Below the pieces are notes generated by a model that saw only the letters and a list, made by a program, of their open reading frames with translations, ran no database searches and was not told the DNA's origin. Shown here one piece after another: positions 29,586 to 41,178 of a DNA stretch of 64,000 nt (position 1 is the stretch's first letter; the number at the start of each line of letters is the position of its first letter). Position numbers and translations under genes: made by a program. Where the stretch lies: assembly GCA_964016885.1 (NCBI GenBank), contig OZ024743.1, forward strand, positions 40,424,001-40,488,000, given 5' to 3'. This DNA comes from Eledone cirrhosa (lineage: Eukaryota).

Positions 29586-29790
29586 TAAAGTAAAAAAGTT
29601 AAGTAAAAAAAATGATCTCAAAATACTTATAATTCCATGCACCAATTTGGACTTCTGACACCAGCCTAATATTCTAATAATTTAGCATATGAGAATTGGA
29701 TTCATTAGGAAACCTTCATTTACCTGGAAAAATTTAAGTGACTACGAGTGGCCGATGTCTTTTTCAAAAGATCAACTGTCACGTGGTGTA
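29198..29790. repeat. Inverted repeat pair facing across a TA/CA tract (family E)
   Basis: 29198-29400 is the reverse complement of 29583-29790. Confidence 0.8.
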
Positions 29791-30185
29791 AAGTTCACAA
29801 ACAGTGAAATAATAAATCGACTGTTGGCAAGCAAACATCGTCGGTAGTAATAGGTGTTCATTTTAGCCTTTTTCACTCAACCCTGTTGGGAGTACAAACA
29901 AAGAAAAGCAGATACATGCAAACACATACGTGCGTATATAGATACATATAAAAGTTTCCATCAATTACAATTTTTGCTCATTGAATGAATTAACTATATC
30001 ATTAAACAATTAGCCAGAGCATTATAAAAAGAATAATGGTTAACGTAAAATAATTAAAACAAAAACATTGGTTCAAATTACATCTTGGTCCCTCCTGAAG
30101 TTTCGTCCTGTAAGACCAATCTAATATATCATTAATTTAGCAGATAGATGCATAATTATACGTATCTATATACGGATAATTGCTA

Positions 30186-30229
<44 letters not shown>

Positions 30230-30230
30230 A

Positions 30231-31353
30231 TAAAACATGTCTATAGAATCACCAGATAAAATATATACCGTTTCATCTCCCAATTAACATAATTAACCAT
30301 ATAAAAAATCAATTAGACCAAGCTATAAGAATAAAGGCTCCTATGAAGAAATCTCCGACAAATAACCGAAAGCAGCCCTTCGCGGCGGTTGCGACGGTGT
30401 ATTTATCGAGTATTTCGACAACGTGTATAAATCGACCAGATATACAGTCAACTAAACAGAATTAGGTGTAAAATAAACTAGAAGAAAAGTGCACATATTT
30501 AGTTACCTCTACCATGGTATCCTCCGCATTTTAAGATATCCGATCTAGAGCTTCGGATTCTTCAGGAGTTAGCTCAAATTTAGACAATTAATTTTCCAAA
30601 ATGATCACACCAAGAATACATTCAAAAATGGCTAAGAATCGTGACGTGGCAGCGGTCAAGTTAGAAAGGATGTGATTAGTTGCTTACGGCTGGTAGGCTT
30701 TTTGCTAGAAAGCGCAGCCCAATACAGCCAAAATTGTATCTCAACCTAACGGGAGATTATTACATATAAAGGTTTACATATATATATATGTAAAGTCATA
30801 CATATATATGTTTTACAACGGGTCACTTTGTGGCTCAATGAAGAATTAATATATTAAATAATCAGAGCTATATATCATAAAACATGTCTATAGAATCACC
30901 AGATAAAATATATACCGTTTCATCTCCCAATTAGCATAATTAACCATATAAAAAATCAATTAGACCAAGCTATAAGAATAAAGGCTCCTATGAAGAAATT
31001 TCCGTGCACTCTTCTTCTAGTTTATTTTACACCTAATTCTGTTTAGTTGACTGTATATCTGGCCGATTTATACACGCTGTCGAAATATTCGATAAATACC
31101 CCGTCGCAACCACCGCGAAGGGCTGGTTTCGATTATTTGTCGGGGATTTCTTCATAGGAGCCTTTATTCTTATAGCTTGGTCTAATCGATTTTTTATATG
31201 GTTAATTATGCTAATTGGGAGAGGAAACGGTATATATTTTATCTGGTCATTCTATAGGCATGTTTTATGATAAATAGCTCTGATTATTTAATTTATTAAT
31301 TCTTCATTGAGCCACAAAGTGACCCGTTGCAAAACACATATATATCTATGACT
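30231..31353 (-). mobile_element. Family A second locus (647-bp tandem period plus inversion)
   Basis: aaaacatgtc at 30232 and 30879, inverted from ~31003. Degenerate HHR at 30505-30570. Confidence 0.82.
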
Positions 31354-31378
31354 TTATATATATATATAGATAGATAGA

Positions 31379-31506
<128 letters not shown>

Positions 31507-32001
31507 ACACGGGAGTGTATGATTGTGTATAGAAGATTATATTAATAAGAGGAATTCCAACTTTGTCTGATTTACTCGTTTTATTTACAATCCTTTAAAA
31601 TGTATAATGGTATTATAATGAAATAGTATGATAGAATATTAAATTCTAATTGTTAATTGAACAAGTAGGTTCATGCTTTCGCAATCTTCAGGTTCATAAT
31701 ATGTGGTGACAGTCAAGTTTGCAATTTTCAACTGTAATGAGATGGGTAAATGTTGTACCTTATATACAGTGAAAAGTGGCTTCAGAATGCTAAATCTTGC
31801 AAACTGTCTTTCGACCAATCAGTGTGTAGTTTCACTGAATTACTAAAGCTGATTGGTGTAAGCGTCACGGCTGGTTGAGCATGTCTAACGAACAATAATT
31901 AATCATATCCAAAGCATCAATTATTTTGCTATTTTTAGAAATGATGAAAATAGCATTTTCTATTAATCATCACCATCAACATCACTTTTATTATTATTAT
32001 T

Positions 32002-32080
<79 letters not shown>

Positions 32081-32152
32081 TTGTTGTTGTTAGTGGTCGT
32101 AGTCGACATGGTCGTAGTAATAGTCATAGTAGAAGTCACACTCTAAGCATTA

Positions 32153-32300
32153 TTATTGTTCATTTAGCTTGGGTTTGAATTTATCAATAAAATTCTTTTC
32201 TTTGATCGTTCTCTTGATTTCACTTGGGCTGTGTAATTTGTAGAATGGGAATATTATAAATATTCCCTGACCACATGTTGCTAGATGGTTACTTAGGGGT
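32153..32300 (-). pseudogene. C-terminal tip of a PLE GIY-YIG ORF
   Basis: LSNHLATC...PFYKL...KRTIKEKNFIDKFKPKLN, truncated at (TA)n. Confidence 0.6.
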
Positions 32301-32301
32301 A

Positions 32302-32347
<46 letters not shown>

Positions 32348-32609
32348 AAGAGTGAAGAAGATCATGGTCTGCTGTACAAAAAGGGTTTATTTACAGTATT
32401 AATAATTGTTTCATTCATCAGGTGAGTCTAAAGACCGCTAATCACTCGAAGTTTCGTCACTCGACCTTAAATAGTGTGTCTCTGATCAAATCATCGGAAT
32501 ACAAGGAAACCCCTTGTTGAGTCAAACAACGCCGTACATTAAGACTATCCATAGTACAGAGTACTCACAACCTCTAACTGGATTACCTAAAGCGATAACT
32601 TGTTATCCC

Positions 32610-32636
<27 letters not shown>

Positions 32637-32642
<6 letters not shown>

Positions 32643-32900
32643 TAAGAGATTAAAGTTTAAGCAAAGAATCGCTGCTTTCACCCTTAACGGGATCTTCTGA
32701 AATTAACAAAGTCAATCTGTAAACGCCGACAGGTTGACTTTGTTAGTTTCAGAAGATCCCGTAAAGGGTGAAAGCAGCGATTCTTTGCTTAAACTTTAAA
32801 CTGATATTTTAATAAATATTTGCTCTACGGTTCTTATATATTTGATATATATTTATCCTTATCGAGCCCTCTTTGGATGTTAGTCTTCACATGTTATTAT

Positions 32901-32905
<5 letters not shown>
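32637..32905. mobile_element. Hairpin made of Naiad-family pLTR ends
   Basis: Arms 32637-32722 and 32729-32815 plus a ~90 bp extension matching the reverse complement of 60538-60625. Confidence 0.9.
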
Positions 32906-32959
<54 letters not shown>

Positions 32960-33719
32960 TTTTACTAAGCCTGAAAAGTAAGTCTTGTTATTCAGACAAG
33001 ATATACACACCACATACACACATATATTTATATATTTGTGTGTGGGTGTGTGTGGGGGGGGGGGGGGGTGTATTTGTTCGTGTGGGGGGGGGGGGTGCTT
33101 GTACTTATGTATGTTTAACCTGTTTCCCTATGAATTCTTAAAAATGGAAATATTGCTTTCATTTTTATTTATATTTGTTCTACTGGTTCGTGATAATGTG
33201 TTTAATATAAACATCTATTTCATATCTTCCTTTCCAGTACTATATTATAGTGAAGGTGCGTGGTATAGTTGTTAGAATTTTTGACTCTCAATCGTAAAGT
33301 TAAAAGGTAGATATTAAGTTCACACATCTCATTTTCTCTTTGAACAATGCGCTTTATCACGTTGATCCAGCATTTAAACGTATGTTGTACCTGTAATTTC
33401 ACAAAATGAGTCAGGTTTAATCCTGCTGTCTATGAAATGCTCAGCTATATGCACGTTAGCTTTATGAGTAGGCTGGTCAAACAACTGGAACACTGAATGT
33501 CGAAACCAGCGGTGTTTCAGCAACTAAATCACCATCTGATTTTCCTCCTAGTCGCATTTTATCAAATTAGAATTTCTTCTATTTCAATTCTTGTGCATGA
33601 CATCTGGGGATGACATAGCTGTTGTCTGATTATACGCTGGCATCTGCTGCAGGTTCACAATCTTATGAGTTTATATGGTGAATAGGAGTTGTTGGTATTT
33701 TTCTGGCATGTCTTTCTGA

Positions 33720-34300
33720 AGACCATTTGTTTACCGAACTGCCGTATCGGACCATGCGTAGACGTCTTGATAAGTGACAAATAGAAGCCATATAGAGGAT
33801 TAATGGCGATTATGAGAGTCGATTTTCTGGGAAATATTATGTTCTTGTTAAGAATCAATTAAGACTATTCTAAAGGGCTTTCAGTCTTAGGTCTCCGGAA
33901 TCGCTTTACCCACTCTCGTTTAGAGAATATTGCTTACATATGGGATATTCTTGTTACAAAACAGTGTCTATCGTGAAAAATCATCCATTTGCGAATCATG
34001 CTTATGTAATTAGTATACTCTCAAATTACGTAAGACAGCTGTTAGAGGGCGTATGCTCTTGAGTGTAAAAATTATCTTGGATCAGTGGAGTACCGTGATC
34101 GATCACATACAGACGGTGCCTTATTGCCATCTCAATTTCTTGTTTCCTTTCATTCCTCAATTCTATGTAATTTTTCATTGGAATGTTCCACATACATTCC
34201 TTGTGACAAATGTACAGCACCTTGTTTCTCTCTTTCTTATGTATATCTTCTTCGTACTTTCCTCCAAACACTTGAACCCTTGTGACCAATAAAATAAACA
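33720..34300 (+). mobile_element. Old Tx1/L1-clade 3' end
   Basis: LKG-like remnant at ~33870 and tail aacccttgtgaccaataaa followed by attattatt. Confidence 0.45.
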
Positions 34301-34326
34301 ATTATTATTCTCATTATTGTTATCAT

Positions 34327-34510
34327 GGTGGATTGTCAGTATCGGTAGAATGTCAAACACCATGCTTTGTAGCATAGAGTTACGGCTCTTTACGGTCTGA
34401 GTTCAACTCCCGTCGAGGTTAACTTTGCCTTTCATCCTTATGGTGACAATAAAATAAAGCATAACTAATGCACTCAAATAATTGCTGGCCTTATTCCAAA
34501 AGTAGAAATA
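34327..34510 (+). mobile_element. tRNA-derived SINE with Nin-like core
   Basis: Homologous to 15301-15487, with an (ATT)n tail. Confidence 0.8.
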
Positions 34511-34982
34511 ATAATTATTATTATTATTGTTGTTGTTGTTATTGTCATCTTTGGGATATTATTTTAGATGGTTTAATCGTTTTTTTTTGTTTTGTTTTGT
34601 TTTTTTGTTTTGTTAAAATTCATCTTTGGCGGCTTTCAGCGAAATATTTGCCTTTTAGTGTTTGAGAAACATAATTTTTCTACTGCTGTTTATTTTGCTT
34701 AATTTACTTATTTATATTTTTGTGCAACTCCTATGAAAATCTCAAATTATTGCATAAATGTGATGGGGATGTTGATGTTGATGATGATGATGATGATGAA
34801 AATGTTCGAGGAGGTGATGATGATGATCATGATGAAGAGAAGGTGTTAGTAAGGAGGGCGGGGTACTAAACATAATTATATGAACATAGAATTTTAAAAG
34901 AACAGTTTTTTAAACAACTCCTCACAGATTACAGAACAGATTAAATGAAGGCACAAGTATTGCAGAAGGCAAAACACATGCA

Positions 34983-35014
<32 letters not shown>

Positions 35015-35034
35015 TAGCAACGATAAGAATATTA

Positions 35035-35560
35035 ATGATTTCTTTATTAACCACAAGGGTTTACATAAAGGATTGAGGTTTAGATGAAAAATTACCAAAA
35101 ATGGAAATAACGCAATCAAATTACAAATGCTAACAATGAAATGTAATAAAGAAAAATCCCCAATAAGAGGTGACTTTTGAAGGATAGTCATGAAGAAACC
35201 CACAAGAAACTACGGTCACTCTGACCACTAAGGCATATGCGCACACCTTGGAGTCCTCTTCCAAACTACACGTGCATTCACAGGACAGGCCCATTCCTCC
35301 AGAGCATGCTTGTCATTTTCATCCATGTTTCAACAAATTTGGTAGAAGGTAACACTTTTCTCGCCACACCCAATTTCCTTTTCAAGAAAAAATTAAAAAT
35401 TCTTATAAGAGCTTTCCCTAAAACGAAAGTGTCAATCAGCAGCCCTTTTAATCTTGTCCCCCACGCAACTTCTTTTGACATGGCTACCACACAGATAAAA
35501 AGTGTCTGTACTCTTTTATGAAATAATTATAGGGGAAACTTTCCGTTGAATCCGTCCTAC
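35035..35560 (-). mobile_element. Tx1/L1-clade 3' end, diverged
   Basis: VAMSKEVAWGTRLKGL...FNFFLKRKL is similar to the 40243-40896 protein. Tail aaacccttgtggttaataaagaaa. Confidence 0.8.
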
Positions 35561-35929
35561 GATTGATAGCATCTATTCGATATAATTCCGCAAGTCATCA
35601 ATGTTTGAGCATCAGACGAATGCGCAAAGAAGGATGCTATTGCTCTGCGTTCATCCATGTCTGCAGAGTTTATCACGAGATGGCAATGGCCGTGGTAGCG
35701 CTCTCGAGCCAAGAATTTGAGGAAAAATGTAATCAATCAATTTTCGCGTATGACCAAAATTTTCCTGAGGACATCACCACATTTACCAACCAATTGTTCT
35801 TTATGGAACACGACATTAGAGTGTTAGCCACTGCATTGCATGACTGACAGATGTGCCAAGCACACACTTCCCTCTGTCAATCCTACATTCTACACAGTAG
35901 AAAATCAACTGTAGAATTCTATAAAGACT

Positions 35930-36735
35930 AGTGGTGGCCAATTTCGACGGCAGAGGGTGTTTTTGTCGACTAAATCTAATTGATCGTTCTGTTCCGGAGG
36001 ACGTTTAAGCCGGGGATTATGGATGCACTGCCGGTGCTGAATAAACTCTACAGGGTGCTCAGACGGCCCTGACCGAGTTGTATTCAGACCGACGAAAATG
36101 TTCTGCAAGCACTCATTCAGTATCCGCGAATTCCTCACTTGGAGAGTTTTGTCAATCATCAGGTGTAAATGGATCCGACTATCGCCCGTGTCCATTGTGA
36201 AGATTGCAGCACACCGTTTTTGAGCAGGGAAGAACAGGCAGTTTTCCTCTTCCTGGTAGAAAGATATTGTGTGGTGGACGCAGCTGAGAGGAGTGGAGAT
36301 AGACGTATTGTCTTCGGCCAAACTTTTTCAATTTCAATTTAGAAAGGAAGGTGTTGGTTGAGACGAAAGTACCTCCTCCAGTACATTTATTAGAAGATGG
36401 GGGATTGTAGAAAGTATAGTTCATGTGAATGGGTCTAATCTGACTAAGCTCTAGGCTGTCTAGTTTGGAGAGAATCTGAGCGCTGCCCTAGGGTGCTCAA
36501 GGATAGCATTATGGTTTAAGATTGGTGTGGTTCCTGCGTCACCCTGAGTGGTACTCCCCGTGTTGATGATTTTTTCTATTATATATTCTGTCGTTTATTT
36601 TTTCTGTTATATATATTTTAATTGATTTTATTGTAAACCCCACTGTCCCTGTCTTTGGTATTGTCTCCTAAATTTCTTCTATATTTTGTCAGTTCAGCCC
36701 TCCACTCTTTCATAATTGTTTTCTTAATAATCGCT
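35930..36735 (+). mobile_element. Tx1/L1-clade 3' end, diverged
   Basis: LPVLNKLYR, IVWWTQLRG and tttcaatttagaaaggaagg similarity to 40430-40900. Confidence 0.7.
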
Positions 36736-36899
36736 CAAAATTTGATGCAATAACAAATAAGTTAACGCTTTACATTTTCCAAGAGGATGGAATCATGTTA
36801 TAGGTATGCAGTAATTGAGACCTGCCATGATCAAGTCGGTTTTCCTCCTCATGCTATCCTTAAATATTGTTTTATCTACCAAAGGCTGGCCCTTGGGAC

Positions 36900-37720
36900 T
36901 TATGCACGTAAGCTTGCACACATTTTGCTTATCTAGTAGAACTCCATTTTTTTCAAGATGCCCGTACATTGGAGGACTTTCGAGCCGGAGACTAAGGATA
37001 ATTTCCAGAAATCCCTCGCTTGGCGTCCTACCGAGGAGCCCAGTCGGTTCGAGATAAACTCTATAGGTACAGTAGAGCTGCCAGACGGAGCTATCCCAGA
37101 TGCGCGCAGAACGTCGAAACCGTTTTGAATGCACTCGACCATTGTTCGTCTATTGCTCACTTATAGAGTTATGTCGAACAACTGTTATCACGTGTGGGAC
37201 GTATCCGGCTATCGACCGAGTCTATAGAGAAGATCGTCCCGCCGCCTTCTTTTCGTTAGGAAGAGCAGGCAGCTTTCCTCTGTCTGATAGCTGTAGCGAA
37301 ATAGATGGTGCACACGACTGAAAGTCCTTAAGACAGACACTTTCCTCGTCAACTATTTCAAGTTCCACTTAGAAAGGAAGGGTGGAGAGAGAAATGCTTG
37401 CCCCTAGAACATTTTTTAAAAGGTGGGTGACAGTTGCGAGGATGGCCCGTGTGAATGGGCCCAATATGAACATGCACCTGTAGGCTGAAAGGATGGAGGG
37501 TGAACTTGGAGATGAAGGTGGGCTGAGATTGATGGGGTCCTTAATGGTACCCCTGGCTGGTACACCCGCCCTCATCCCGTTGTGGAAAGCTGTTCTTGAT
37601 ATGTTTTTGTTAACTATTTTGTTAATTTTATTTACTCGATATAATTGTAAACCCCCACTGTCTCCATCTTTATATTGTCATTTACGTTCAGCCCCTGTGA
37701 CCAATAACAAAGAAATCGTT
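36900..37720 (+). mobile_element. Tx1/L1-clade 3' end, diverged
   Basis: DNFQKSLAW..RDKLYR..CPRCA similarity and an (ATT)n tail. Confidence 0.78.
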
Positions 37721-37734
37721 ATTATTATTATTAT

Positions 37735-37908
37735 TAATGAATTGCCACTACTGGTAAAGCATCAGACACCAGGCTTTGCAGCATAGAGTTATTTCCCTTT
37801 ATGATCTGAGTACAAATCACGCAGAGGATATCTTTGCCTTTCATCCATACAGGGTCGATAAAATAAAGCACCAGTAATGCACTGGAGTAATTGCTGGTCT
37901 TGTGCCAA
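37735..37908 (+). mobile_element. tRNA-derived SINE with Nin-like core
   Basis: Core and tail as in 15301-15487. Confidence 0.8.
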
Positions 37909-37952
37909 ATAATAATAATAATAATAATTATTATTATTATTATTATTATTAT

Positions 37953-40900
37953 TGGGGACTTACGTAGGAAAGCGTATCATCGTGAGCTCCGTAAAGGTTT
38001 GTTGTTTTCGTTTGTTTAAAATTGCATTTATGGAAAATTTTGTTGTTAACTGTTTAAAAAGTCACAAAATTCGCATTCGGAAAAGGACACTCAAAAAGAT
38101 TGGGGCCTTGAGCCCAAAATTTAAACTTTTATAATTATCAAACAAAAAATGTCTTTAACAAAATCATGGGCGACTCACAGCTACACCAAGCAGCTAAGAG
38201 CCTTCCTCACAAACTAACACCTCACACCAACAACACCATTGTAAATATTACTACGTTTGCCAACACTAAAAATATAAGCAGTAGCAATAATTTACATTTG
38301 TATCATGCAGACATTCATTTCCCGCCATTACCAATGACTGCAGGTGTTGAAGCCGCCACCCCCACCACCACTACAGCGACAACAGAAACAAAAGAAAAAA
38401 ATAAATGATCTCGTGACATCGAAATGGATTCACCCAGAATGGACTTTTCCAAGCCGAACACCACTGACGCCACCAACACCACATCAGAAACTAAAAATAA
38501 CAATAACAAAAATAACAATAACAACAACAGCAACAACAACAATGAGAATAAAAACATCGTGTCATTTGACAAAGCAGCCAAAAATTGCGAAACAATCCAG
38601 GTAACTCAGGGGGAATTAGATGAAGCCAAGAGAATGGTAAAGAAAGGTGGGTACAGGGTCACCCCCCCCCCCCAAAGTAAAATGGAGCAACGGCGCCTAT
38701 GCACCGTGTCTTATCGGACGATTAACATAAAATTGCGCCGAGTTGAACGGGCATCCGAGTCCCAAATCCAAAAGGTTTGGGGACATGTGTGGGCAAATAA
38801 AACCCACATCAGACGTGGGCAGAAGTATGGAACCGTGGGCGTGTTCTTTGGAATACAAGCGGAGGCCAGAGAGCACTCCATGGCCCCATTAAGAAGCGAC
38901 GACTTCAAACTCGTCCCAAGCTATTGTGGCCAGCTGGCAACAGAACGGGAGAATTCCCAGCTCTGTGAGCCGAGGAGCGGTGGTGCTGCTGAGAAACGAT
39001 CCCAACAAGGGGGATAAAATAGATAATTTCAGGCCCATAACTCTGCTAAACACAGAGTTCAAGATTTTGGCCAAGGTGCTAGCAAAGTGGTTGGCTCTTG
39101 TCGTTGGTGGTCTGGTGGGAGAGGCGCAGACATGCACCATTCCGGACAGATCCATCCACGACAAACTCCACCTCATCGATACATCGTGGAGAGGGTAGCT
39201 TGGGAACCTGGCACGGGTGGGACCTTGATCAATTTAGATCAGTCGAAAGCTTTCGATAGGATCGACCATCGTTACCTTGCGGTCGTCTTGAGGGCGGCTA
39301 GTTTTGGGCCCATCTTCAGAGGCTGGATCGCTGCCATGCACAGCAACATCTGCTCTGTGGTAAAAGTGAACGGTCACCTGTCGGAACCGTTCAACATCAT
39401 GCGCTCGCTCCGCCAAGGATGTCCCCTCTCGTCCCTCTTGTACGTATTGATTCTGGAGCCATTACTGCACAAACTAGAGACGTTGAGGGGTAACCCGCGT
39501 GAACTAGGATGCGGAAGATCCGTGTCAGCTTATGCGGACGATGTCACCGTAGTGGTGTCGAACACCAAACACATCGAGGCGATCGGCACTAGACTAAGAG
39601 AATACGAAGCGGTGATAGGAGCCATGATCTACCAGGAAAAGTCAGTGGGTCTGCAGCTCGGCAGCTGGAGCGGCAGATCCATGCCGTCCAACAGCGTCGT
39701 TGGGCGCAGGACGGACGGACCGGTAAATTGCTAGGGGTCTGGTTCTATACGGACCTCTAGATGGACAAACACTGGGACGAGGTGACGAGCAGGGTGGCTT
39801 CTCTCACCCAGAAATGGGCGGCGGGGAAGCTATACTGGAAAGGTCGAACGGAGGTGGCTAACGCGTACATCGCGTCCGTCATCTACTACCGCCTGACCGT
39901 CGTACCTTGTCCTAAGCCCCCCCCCCCCCCTGACTGCGCTGTAGCGTTTGCTCTCTCGCTTTTTGTGGAAGGGACGCGCTCCGTTGGACAGGCGGTCCAT
40001 CTGCTATCAACACCCGCTACGTGGAGGGCTGGGGATGCCGTGACTGATGATGCGCAGACTCGCGCTCAGGCTACGACATCTCCACCTCTTCCTCGACGGT
40101 GATTAGGTGTGGTCGCCGTTTGCTAGACGCGTCTTTCCCCAGCTTGTCTCCTTGATGGAGCTGCAGTCCTGGGTCAAGCGAAGACCGAGAAGGAGCGCTT
40201 GGAGACTGGAATGTCTTCACAGCCCTCGAGCAATCGGGCAATGTGATCGGTGGAACCTCCACCTTGGCGTTCTATAAAAGATTAGTGGAGGGGAAGAGCG
40301 ACGACGTACTTGGGAAAACTCTAGTCGTCGACGAAAATCAACTAGCCAATCTCTTCGGAAGAACTTTTGGGCCGGCGCCTATGGACAACTTCCAGAAATA
40401 CCTGGCCTGGCAGTGCTACCGAGGAGCTTTGCCAGTTCGGGATAAACTCTACAGGAATGGAGGTGCCGTCAGCCGAGCATGTCCGAGATGCGCGCAGGGC
40501 GCCGAAACTGTCCTGCACGCACTCTTCCAGTGTCCGAGCATTGCTGACTTGTGGGTTTATGTCGAACACCTGCTGTCGCGTGTAGGACGGATCCAGCTAT
40601 CAGCTGAGTCCATCATGAGGATTGCCACACCCTCTTCCTTTAGCCGGGAAGGGCAGACATGTTTTATCTGTCTGGTGGCCATGACGAAAGAGATAGTATG
40701 GTGGACACGTTTGAAAGGGCTGAAGACGACCAATTACCTCTTCGGTGATGCCCTGATTAACTTTTTCGAATTTCATTTTAAAAGGAAATTTAGGGTAGAG
40801 AGGGAAGTGCTATCTTCCCAGCATTTTGTTGAAAGATGGGTGAGAGAGGCAAGAATGGCCCGGGTGAATGGTCCTACTCTGAGTATGTGTCTGTAAATTA

Positions 40901-41144
40901 AAGGTGGAAAACTGGGAGAGGGCACTTGCCATGGTGGTCAGGGTCACTGTGGCCTTTTAATGGGCTTTCTCCACGAATGTCCCTCGGAAGTCTCCCTTGT
41001 ATTGGGAATTTTTCATTATTTATTTTGTTACATCCTCTGTTTTTGTTTTTTTACACACAGAAATGCCCATTTGTACTGTCCTGTATTGTCCTCTATTGTC
41101 CTTAATGTCTACTTTCTGTAAACCCTTTTAGTTAATAAAGAAAG

Positions 41145-41146
<2 letters not shown>
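37953..41146 (+). mobile_element. Tx1/L1-clade LINE with both ends and a large internal deletion
   Basis: (ATT)n on both sides, 5' leader, partial ORF1-like segment 38424-38925, then RT. Confidence 0.8.
38926..40896 (+). pseudogene. Tx1/L1-clade ORF2 (RT and zf-RVT), frameshifted
   Basis: NFRPITLLNTEFKILAK, LDQSKAFDRIDH, LRQGCPLS, AYADD, CPRC...ETVLHALFQC. Confidence 0.9.
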
Positions 41147-41175
<29 letters not shown>

Positions 41176-41178
41176 GTT

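Noticed and set aside
30085-30125. GTC..GGAC-GAAAC hairpin on the minus strand; similar at 32417-32470
   Set aside because: No correctly placed CUGANGA with a pairing stem I.
31665-31700. CTGAAGA-TTGC-GAAA on the minus strand as an HHR
   Set aside because: No stem II and no NUH followed by stem I pairing.
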